Shown here: positions 30,200-37,848 of the stretch, in pieces | How positions within the stretch are numbered: position 1 is the first letter of the stretch | Layout of the letters: every line of letters starts with the position of its first letter | DNA from: Thermodesulfobacteriota bacterium | GTDB lineage: Bacteria > Desulfobacterota > Desulfobacteria > Desulfobacterales > C00003060 | NCBI GenBank assembly: GCA_034189385.1 | Contig: JAXHVD010000010.1 | Span: forward strand, 64,001-128,000 | Length of the DNA: 64,000 nucleotides | Direction of reading: 5' to 3' | The notes under the pieces: generated by a model | Told to the model about the DNA's origin: nothing | What the model saw: the letters and a program-made list of their open reading frames with translations, nothing else | The model's database searches: none | Program-made: the position numbers and the translations under genes

Positions 30200-31504
30200 T
30201 TAATCCTGCAAAACCCTGTCCCTTGCCGTCATGAGAATGATCCCCTGGCCCGGTCTCAATTCATATGAGAACGGCGTGGGGATGTAATCCATGGAATCTT
30301 CCGGAGAAAGGTCAACAAGAGGGGCCCCAGCCTGAACAAGCCCATGGAGGTCTTCTACCCAGAAATGCTGTCTGTTGTGTGCGTCCTTGTTGAGGATGAT
30401 AAGTGACTCTTCTTGTGTCGTGGTGGAGGCTTTCCACATGAGCAACACATTCGGGTTGCCGTGGTTTAGCATCTCCGTAGGAGCCTCCTCTTGAAACACC
30501 GGATGCTCGGCCTTGATTTGGTTTACTCTCTTTAGAAAAGAGGTGAGATCAATGTCTGTTATCTCCCAGTCTGACGGCCTTGTGTTCACGACGTGGAGTT
30601 TTTTGCGAAAACCAAACTCAAAGCCCATGGGCATCATCACACCGGCCGAAAAAAGCGCTGAGAAAAAATAGCGCTGCTTGAGTCCTTCCAAGTTCCCGTT
30701 GACTTCTTCGCAAAGCCTGACCGTATCGTGGCTTTCCGGAAAGCCAATGGACGGGGCAACATCCCGCGTGAGGGCATATTGCTTCATGAGCCAGTGGCTA
30801 TTGAAATCCCACCACTTGGAGCTGTTGAATATGTAATCGAAACCGGCCTTGGCGGTTTCTCTCGTCTGGTCTGGCTGGCATCCCAGGGTCTCTGCAAAGA
30901 AAAGGATATCTGGATCGGCCTCTTTTGTCTCACCGATGAGTCTTTCCCACATACTCTTGGGCACTTGATAGGCTGCGTCGCACCGAAATCCCTTAAAGCC
31001 CAGGCCGGTCAAGAATCTTATGACATTTAGATAGAACTCAACGAGCCCTTGCTTATCTCCCATGGCCCTGTGATCAAACTTTGCCAGATCTTTCCAGACC
31101 ACCTTCTTCCCGTTCTCTTTACAAAAGGGGTGAACCACTTTCCCTTTGCCGTCCCATGCATACCATTCGGGGTGTAATGTAATGAGCTCTGAATCTATGG
31201 AAGAGTGGTTTATCACCAGGTCCACCATCAACTTGATGCCCAGTTCTTCTGCCTTGGCGGCCATCTCCTTTACTTGTTCTTCAGGTGTCCTTTTGCTCCC
31301 TTTATCAACCAGAACAGGGTTGAAGGAAAAATAGTCTCTGATCGCGTAGACACTCCCCGACCTGCCTGGCAAGTGAATGGGGTTGACAAAGACCCAGTTG
31401 AACCCCATCTCAGACGCCCTCAACAGGTGCTTCTCCCAATCTGAAAACCTTCCGGCCAACAAGGGGAACAAGTTGTAGATGATCATCTTCTCCGGTCGTT
31501 TCAT
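30200..31504 (-). CDS. GH13 alpha-amylase-family enzyme
   Basis: DLVINH, GFRCDAAY, FAETLG and ESHD catalytic regions. Confidence 0.9.
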   Translation of the reverse strand: MKRPEKMIIYNLFPLLAGRFSDWEKHLLRASEMGFNWVFVNPIHLPGRSGSVYAIRDYFSFNPVLVDKGSKRTPEEQVKEMAAKAEELGIKLMVDLVINHSSIDSELITLHPEWYAWDGKGKVVHPFCKENGKKVVWKDLAKFDHRAMGDKQGLVEFYLNVIRFLTGLGFKGFRCDAAYQVPKSMWERLIGETKEADPDILFFAETLGCQPDQTRETAKAGFDYIFNSSKWWDFNSHWLMKQYALTRDVAPSIGFPESHDTVRLCEEVNGNLEGLKQRYFFSALFSAGVMMPMGFEFGFRKKLHVVNTRPSDWEITDIDLTSFLKRVNQIKAEHPVFQEEAPTEMLNHGNPNVLLMWKASTTTQEESLIILNKDAHNRQHFWVEDLHGLVQAGAPLVDLSPEDSMDYIPTPFSYELRPGQGIILMTARDRVLQD

Positions 31505-31541
31505 GTTTTGTCTTCTTCCGTTTTTTGAGCCAACTCTATAT

Positions 31542-31737
31542 CGGGCTGTTGCCCAAATCTCTTTTACCTTGTTCTGAGACGTTTTTTGACAAATCTAAGG
31601 CTTGCTCCAGGCGCTTTCAAAACTCGCCCTTCAAGCTCAAGCACTTGAAATCGCTTGTCTTGCGCATCGCCAAGATTTGTCGGCAAAAAACGCCCCAACG
31701 AACCGGTCAAAGAGATTGCGGTTTGGGCAACATCCCG
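31542..31737. mobile_element. MITE-like element with terminal IRs and TATAT target duplication
   Basis: CGGGCTGTTGCCCAAA / TTTGGGCAACATCCCG; TATAT at 31537-31541 and 31738-31742; nested internal IRs. Confidence 0.8.
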
Positions 31738-31809
31738 TATATGACCTGACCACTCATGCCCTCGTGAGAAATATCGGGCAGGACCTCTTAAACAGGACAG
31801 CCCTCGGTT

Positions 31810-32625
31810 TTACGGACCGATGATCTCCCTGAGCCTGTTGCGCGCTTCTTTGAGAAGCGTAGGTGGTTCTGGCCACTGTTCCAATATGATGGAGCCTGAA
31901 AAGCCCCGCTCCTTCATGCGCTCGATAAACCCCTCTATGCCCGAAACGTCTTCCTTTGACGGGCCCGTGAAGAGTACCTGGTGACTGTCACGGTCTCCAT
32001 AGTTTTCGTGGAGGTGAAGATGGATGACCCGGACCGCAGGGTCGAGTAAATCCACAAACCTGAGGTAGTCATTTCGCGTTTCCTCGCACAGGTTGGCGTG
32101 CCCCAGATCCAGACACATCCCCACCTGTGCCATCGCCGCAGGCTCAAGGGCTCGGAGTCTGCCAAAGAAAGCATTCACATCTCCTGGGCCTGTTAAAGGG
32201 GTGTTCTCCACAGAGAGCCTCATGCCAGCTTCTGCAAAGGGCCTGAGGAACGGGATGATGGCCCGAACATAGGCATCGGCCCCCTGGTCAGCATAAAGAT
32301 GGATATTTAGGAGTGCGGCTCCGACATCAGTGGCAAAGGCGAGCGTTTCAAGGAGTCGTTCTCCCACACCGGATTCTAAGGGATTAAGCTGCCAAGGGGC
32401 ATGCACGGAAAGACGGATATCGTGTTCAAGGGCCGTGCTCTTGATGTCTTGACGGGTCTTGGCATCAATGTCACGCTCTTCCCAACCTGCCCCGGATTCT
32501 TGTTTGTCTGGAAACCACTCGAAGGCGTCGAAACCATTGGCCACGGCAAACTCAAAAGGCCCTGTGATGGTTGCCGCTGAGAAGGCGCTCTGGTTGCCGA
32601 TTCTGATACGGCAGGTCTCACCCAT
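31810..32625 (-). CDS. Metal-dependent TIM-barrel protein (AP endonuclease 2 / xylose isomerase-like)
   Basis: SVHAP, NIH, SVENT, LDLGHAN, HLHLHEN.G..D.H, ILE; ATG overlaps the stop of the dikinase. Confidence 0.85.
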   Translation of the reverse strand: MGETCRIRIGNQSAFSAATITGPFEFAVANGFDAFEWFPDKQESGAGWEERDIDAKTRQDIKSTALEHDIRLSVHAPWQLNPLESGVGERLLETLAFATDVGAALLNIHLYADQGADAYVRAIIPFLRPFAEAGMRLSVENTPLTGPGDVNAFFGRLRALEPAAMAQVGMCLDLGHANLCEETRNDYLRFVDLLDPAVRVIHLHLHENYGDRDSHQVLFTGPSKEDVSGIEGFIERMKERGFSGSIILEQWPEPPTLLKEARNRLREIIGP

Positions 32626-35600
32626 CTTCAATTCCAACCTGAGAGCGTGTCTGAACGACCCAGTATCTGCCCCCGGCATAGGCCCCCTCAATGTCTTGGG
32701 CAGCACCCAAGGCCTGCTCGACCACTGTGCCGAGCCTGGCCACTGTGGCCAAGAACTCATGCTGAAAACCCTCGTCTCTCAGGAGCAACTCCTTCGTGTA
32801 ATCCAGACACACCCTCCAGGGCCGTTGCAGCATGACAGTTTCGTAAAGGCCGGCACCGGCATACCCTGCCAGGTCTTCTCCATTTGAATCAGAACGAAAG
32901 ATGAGGCCCTTGCCAAAGAGCCCCGCACTCTTGCTCGGGAAAGCGACAATCCGTGGGGCGTCTGTACCCTTTTTGCAGGTAAAGCTCAAGGCCCTTCCAG
33001 GATCATTCCCCACCAATGTCTCTCCAAGGCCCGGCACGACTTCAGCAAACACTTCCCTCCTGTCTCCTGTAACGGGATGGACCGTATGGATCACGAAGCT
33101 GTACTCGGCTTCAACCACCTTTTGAATGAGAACGGCCATGAAAAGATCCTCGTGGGGGATCTTTCTTGCCCTTCGGCTCAGATAGGCCCTTTCGTTCCAC
33201 TTGGAGGCCCACACGCCTTTGATGCACGTCCACGCCCTTTGCCAGTCTTCAGGCCAAGACAGGCCGGCCTCTTCCATTACCAGACGAAGGGACCCTGCCA
33301 TCTTGTCCGGTTCCTTGAGGGCCATCACCGCCCTTCGGAGTTGATCAAGGACCCCCTGGACCTCCTCCTCTTGGTCTACCTTCCGGCGCAGGCCTTCATA
33401 GCGTCCTGAAATCTCCTTATTGCTCTCCTGAAAAAGGGCCCTTTCAAATACCCCAAAGGGGATGGCCACAGAGGCGGGGACATGGATCCACTCTGGCAAC
33501 GCGCCCTTCAGGCGTTTCAGGTTGTTGGATTTACTTCCGACATTTTTCTCCCTAAAACCCTCTGCCAAGACTGCGTAAGAAGTAAAACTCGGTGGAACGA
33601 TGCGTGGAAGCAGCGTCAGGCTCGAGGCCACAGGTCTTTCTGCCGCCCCACGTCCTTCCTTGATTTCCACACTACCTGCTGAATCGGTCCTCAGAGTGAC
33701 CCAACGCCCCTTCAAGGATCTCAATTGCCTCAGGACCTCCTGGTCATAACAGGTGGCAAGAACAACATGGGCATTTCTGGCCCTGATAGCCACGTGAGAC
33801 ACAATATCAGTGGTGTCCGCCGTAATGATGGCGGTGACCCCTTCGGGAATTTCCTCCTCTCCTGTCACTTTCTCTGAAACAATAACAGTGGGTTCAGAAA
33901 ACTGTTTTGTCTGGATGGCCAGCAACCGGTCCACCACATGGACTCGCCCTGTCTCTCGGCCTGGACTGATGACCTGCCAATCACCCAGATGGGCCTTGTC
34001 TCGCAATATGGGATCCATTTGACGCACCAGTGATGACAAAACAAAGGCGGGCCTCCCCCGCACCACCTCTTCGGCAAAAAGGGAAACGGTCCAGGCGTCG
34101 GCGTGGAAGGCCTTGCCAAGAAGCGCTGCTTTGGATCTTAGGAGGTGGACATAGCCATCGATCATGGTGCCCAAGTAACGGCCGAGACGATCCAAAACAG
34201 CCTTGGCCTCCAGGGACCATTTTTCTCCAAGGCCGGAGACTTCTCTCAGGCGCTCCCACTGCCGCAGACAGTTTGTGAGCTCAACATCTTCGTTGGAAAG
34301 AAGGAGGTTTTCCATTACCATGGCAATCAATGCCACCAATTCCTCCACGCCCAGTCTTACATGGAGGTTCCGTTCCACCACAAGGCGCAAGTAATCCTCC
34401 AAGGCAAGATCGAGGAACAGGAAGTCCCGCGCGTGCCCATGGCCTCCTTTCATGTGTGGCTTCAACCATTGACGTCCTTTCGTGATCTTTTCAACCAGTG
34501 CGGTCACCGGGGCCTCCTGGTCTTGGTGCCACAGGAAGTCCATGAGATCTTGCATTGGTATGTCAAACAGATGTCTTGCCCCAGAAATAGCGGTCCCCAG
34601 ATCGGTGCTGGAATGGACTTCTTTCAGAATCCCCAGAAACTGCCCGAAATCATGAATCAGGGCATCTTTCAGGTGGGGGATGAAATCTGGATGGGATCTG
34701 ATAGGCCGCTCATAACCCTCCAGTCGCTCTCTTGTGACACCACCCTCTCTCAGGGTCCTGTAAAAGAGATCCAGGTTGCCATTGCTTTTCTGGAATTGGA
34801 GATAGGCCTCGCAAATCACCACGTCATCTGGGGTAGTATTGTTGTGAAGCTTCTGATGCCACTCTTCCATGAAGTGACCAGAAACTTCCTTGATATGATG
34901 GCGATGCATGATATGCAGGACCTCATCCCGGACCCGTTGCCCTTGTCCGCCCCTTCCCATGGTTGTCAGTATGAGGCGAAGGAGCTCACGCTCTGTCGGC
35001 TCCTTGTTGTAGCGGTCTGCCAGCTTGACTGTCAGGCGATCCATGGCATGGCTGAGCTCCCTTGGCTTGGTGTTGTAGTGGCGCTGCCAGTCCAACTGCC
35101 TCATGGCCGAATAACGGAGCCATACAAAGATAAGGGCCAGGCCGTCAATATTGTTGCAGACCCTATCCAGAAGGTCGTAGCATAGATTGAAACGGTGCAT
35201 GAGTGTCCATGAATGGGGACTCATCTCTTTTTCAATGATCTCGTCAGCTAGACGGGCAAGGAGGGGATCGCCCAGGGAGGCTTCAAGGTCTGAAGGGACC
35301 ATAATAGGAGTAAAGAAATTCCGGCCATGCTCTTTTGACCAGCGACCCGTTCGCGTCTCCTTGAGGACAAAGGACATGCCCACGGGAGCCTCTCGCTCAC
35401 GAAACACCAGGCTCAGCTCCCGGTATTTGCCTTTGTCAACAAAGGGGCTCTGTGCGGCCTTTTCTTGAAACACAGTGGTGCCCTCAGGCCAACACGAAGA
35501 TGGAGGCAGGGTCCATTGATGGCGGGATGGCGTTGCCAGGCCCCAGTGAAGAATCAATGGGCCGGGCAAATCTGTGATCAGCCTGACTTGATACCCCTCT

Positions 35601-36094
35601 TCATCCTTGCTTACGGCAACAGCCACGAGAGCTTCACTTTCAAGCACGTGGATGTGTTCGTACAACAGGGGCTCCTCCTTTCCTTTGCTCATGAGGGTCC
35701 TCATGGCAGGCATGGATAACCTGTCAGGCCTTGGAATCTGTATTTGGTAGTTCGACCCGCCATTATTATCCCAGCGATCTTCTTCAGGAAAGACAAGGGC
35801 GAAATCGATGAAGGAGAAGTCCATGGACCGATCCAGTCTGATAATGATCGTTCCCTGTCCATCCTTCCCCGAAAAGGGCGTCTGAAGGGCCCCTTTGTCA
35901 AATACCCTGCTCCCCTCAGGCCACACCGACTCTGGAGGCATTTGCCAGGCGGCTTCAGAATGAGATCTAAGTCCCCAGTGCAGCAAGCAGTTCTGATATG
36001 TCTCCATCTGCAGACAGACCTGTAGGCCGTCATCGGTGACGCCCTTTTCAACACGCAGCACCACGCCGCTTTTTGTAATGATTTCGTCTCCCAT
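32618..36094 (-). CDS. Alpha-glucan water dikinase (GWD/R1)-like protein with two CBM45-like domains
   Basis: LMHRFN, WLRYSAMRQLDW...YNTKPREL, GQRVRDE, MEEWHQKLHNNTTPDDVVIC, phospho-His DIVSHVAIRARN, VWASKWNERAY, FRSDSNGEDLAGYAGAGLY. Start uncertain; frame open to 36223. Confidence 0.92.
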   Translation of the reverse strand: MGDEIITKSGVVLRVEKGVTDDGLQVCLQMETYQNCLLHWGLRSHSEAAWQMPPESVWPEGSRVFDKGALQTPFSGKDGQGTIIIRLDRSMDFSFIDFALVFPEEDRWDNNGGSNYQIQIPRPDRLSMPAMRTLMSKGKEEPLLYEHIHVLESEALVAVAVSKDEEGYQVRLITDLPGPLILHWGLATPSRHQWTLPPSSCWPEGTTVFQEKAAQSPFVDKGKYRELSLVFREREAPVGMSFVLKETRTGRWSKEHGRNFFTPIMVPSDLEASLGDPLLARLADEIIEKEMSPHSWTLMHRFNLCYDLLDRVCNNIDGLALIFVWLRYSAMRQLDWQRHYNTKPRELSHAMDRLTVKLADRYNKEPTERELLRLILTTMGRGGQGQRVRDEVLHIMHRHHIKEVSGHFMEEWHQKLHNNTTPDDVVICEAYLQFQKSNGNLDLFYRTLREGGVTRERLEGYERPIRSHPDFIPHLKDALIHDFGQFLGILKEVHSSTDLGTAISGARHLFDIPMQDLMDFLWHQDQEAPVTALVEKITKGRQWLKPHMKGGHGHARDFLFLDLALEDYLRLVVERNLHVRLGVEELVALIAMVMENLLLSNEDVELTNCLRQWERLREVSGLGEKWSLEAKAVLDRLGRYLGTMIDGYVHLLRSKAALLGKAFHADAWTVSLFAEEVVRGRPAFVLSSLVRQMDPILRDKAHLGDWQVISPGRETGRVHVVDRLLAIQTKQFSEPTVIVSEKVTGEEEIPEGVTAIITADTTDIVSHVAIRARNAHVVLATCYDQEVLRQLRSLKGRWVTLRTDSAGSVEIKEGRGAAERPVASSLTLLPRIVPPSFTSYAVLAEGFREKNVGSKSNNLKRLKGALPEWIHVPASVAIPFGVFERALFQESNKEISGRYEGLRRKVDQEEEVQGVLDQLRRAVMALKEPDKMAGSLRLVMEEAGLSWPEDWQRAWTCIKGVWASKWNERAYLSRRARKIPHEDLFMAVLIQKVVEAEYSFVIHTVHPVTGDRREVFAEVVPGLGETLVGNDPGRALSFTCKKGTDAPRIVAFPSKSAGLFGKGLIFRSDSNGEDLAGYAGAGLYETVMLQRPWRVCLDYTKELLLRDEGFQHEFLATVARLGTVVEQALGAAQDIEGAYAGGRYWVVQTRSQVGIEDG

Positions 36095-36478
36095 CTCATT
36101 AGAGCAAAGGTGTTCGCAGGGTGCACCCCATCCACCCTTGATGACGCCGGTATCCCTCAGGCATCCTCTCTTTCCTGCAGGCTTTAGACATTTAGCATAG
36201 GTGTTCTCAACAAATTTGGGCAAGGCTCCTAAGAGTACATCTGCCCACAGGCAATTGAATTTGGAAACGTCTGAAACTCCCTCAGGAGTGAGCCATTTTC
36301 ACATTGAACCGCCTGTGGCCCTAAGTTTTTGAGGACTTACTAGCATAGTCATCAAGTTGCCAACATGCAAGAAATTTGACAGGGTTGACAATGATGACAG
36401 CGGCCTGCAACACAGCACAACAGCGGCAATATCAGACAGAAAAACACCCAAAACACGGGCAAGCCGCGCCATTTTCGT

Positions 36479-36507
36479 TTGACAGGATCGTGGTGGGAGC
36501 CTATAGT
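36479..36507 (+). promoter_or_regulatory. Sigma70 promoter for the His-rich peptide and cooT
   Basis: TTGACA-N17-TATAGT. Confidence 0.75.
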
Positions 36508-36545
36508 TGCATAGTCCATGATCTAGACACTGTAAGGAGGGTCCC

Positions 36546-36719
36546 ATGTGCAAATGTTGTTCAACCGGAAAGGGTGCCGGGAGGAAAAGACACTACGAGT
36601 TCCTCCATGACCATGGAACTGACGGTGCTGGCCACGACCATGAACACGACCATGAACATCATCACAGTGACGGCGAAGACCCCAAGGGGATGGTAGCTCC
36701 CGTGCCTGGAGAAAAATAG
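36546..36719 (+). CDS. Small Cys/His-rich putative metal (Ni) binding peptide, 57 aa (absent from ORF track)
   Basis: TAAGGAGG RBS; MCKCC...HDHGTDGAGHDHEHDHEHHH...; directly upstream of cooT. Confidence 0.8.
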   Translation: MCKCCSTGKGAGRKRHYEFLHDHGTDGAGHDHEHDHEHHHSDGEDPKGMVAPVPGEK

Positions 36720-36773
36720 GGGCTGCACCGGGAATAGAGGCACGCAGGTGCCTTCACCCTGGAGGACAGTATC

Positions 36774-36968
36774 ATGTGTGAGGCGAATGCGTATCTTGTA
36801 AAAGATGGCAAGGAAGAGCTTTTTCTTGCGGCCATTGATACCGTAGAACCTGACAATGGAAATCTGCGCCTTACGACCATATTCGGCGAACAGAAGTTCA
36901 TCAAGGGAAGGATCAGCCGTCTCGCCCTTGTGGATCACAAGGTCATTATCGAACAGACAGAGGAATAG
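36774..36968 (+). CDS. cooT: CooT-family nickel-binding protein
   Basis: MCEANAY...IFGEQK...LVDHKVI; GGAGG RBS. Confidence 0.88.
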   Translation: MCEANAYLVKDGKEELFLAAIDTVEPDNGNLRLTTIFGEQKFIKGRISRLALVDHKVIIEQTEE

Positions 36969-37767
36969 AAAACCCTCCTTTTTCTAGACCCTTTTCTAAA
37001 AAGCCGCCAAGGTCTCCATCCCCCCAGATACCCAAGCGGGTCAGAGAAAAATCATACTTGACCGGGTCCTGCGGGGCCACGGCCCTGAAACCTTTCGTGA
37101 TCTCCATGGCTGTTCGCATGTCTGCCTGTCTCCGTCTTGTGAATCCAGCCCCAAGACCTATTCTGTGCATATGCGTATCCACAGGAATAACGAGTTTTGA
37201 TGGAGATATCTCCTCCCATCCGCCAGGATCCACTTCGTCTTGCCGCACCACCCACCTCAGGAACAGGTTCAGTCGTTTGCAGGCACTCCCTTTCTCTGGA
37301 GATGGAACCAGATGATGCACGGGACCGTCAGCACTTGCCGTCAATTTCTTCGCGAAGGCACAAAGGGCTGGAAGTATCGTATCGTCGTCATCATGCAAGC
37401 CTTCTGCAAAACAGGTATGGAGATAGCCGTAACGTTTCAGAACCCTTTTGATACCGACTAGCATGGCACAAAGGTTCTCGTCTGTGGTGAAACGATGCTT
37501 GAAGCCCGAAAAAGTCCGGCGAATTGTTTCAGGAGAGGCCTTATTCAGAAAAACCCGCGGACCAGGCGTCATCCGTTCAAGCACACGGACGACGCTCTTG
37601 CAAATTTGAGATACCCTTCCATAGGCAAGGGACGAGGCGACAAATGCCACGATTTCACGGTCGCAAAGGGCTCCGTAAGGGTAAAGAAACTCCAGAGGGT
37701 CAGGATGGACATGCTCGCGCCGATTGTATCGCCTGTAAAGGGTCTCAAAGACATCGTCGATGATCAT
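36946..37767 (-). CDS. TIGR02757 / DUF2400 family protein
   Basis: DPLEF, AYGRV, FKHRF, SACKRLNLFLRWVVR, VDPGGW, PVDTH, DPVKYDF. Confidence 0.9.
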   Translation of the reverse strand: MIIDDVFETLYRRYNRREHVHPDPLEFLYPYGALCDREIVAFVASSLAYGRVSQICKSVVRVLERMTPGPRVFLNKASPETIRRTFSGFKHRFTTDENLCAMLVGIKRVLKRYGYLHTCFAEGLHDDDDTILPALCAFAKKLTASADGPVHHLVPSPEKGSACKRLNLFLRWVVRQDEVDPGGWEEISPSKLVIPVDTHMHRIGLGAGFTRRRQADMRTAMEITKGFRAVAPQDPVKYDFSLTRLGIWGDGDLGGFLEKGLEKGGFSIPLSVR

Positions 37768-37848
37768 CTTCTCCCACACCTCAAAAGGGACCTGTTCACG
37801 GGCCCGCCGCAGGCAGTCGCTCTGGAACAGGTACAGCACAGCTGGTCA

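Noticed and set aside
34145..35185. 346-aa plus-strand ORF
   Set aside because: Antisense shadow of the dikinase.
32618..36094. Annotation as PEP synthase or pyruvate phosphate dikinase
   Set aside because: Domain order (His domain before a C-terminal nucleotide-binding domain), absence of a PEP-binding barrel and GWD-specific motifs argue against it.
36376..36696. Thr/Met-rich 106-aa ORF from the track
   Set aside because: Alternative frame of the His-rich peptide, which has the promoter and RBS.
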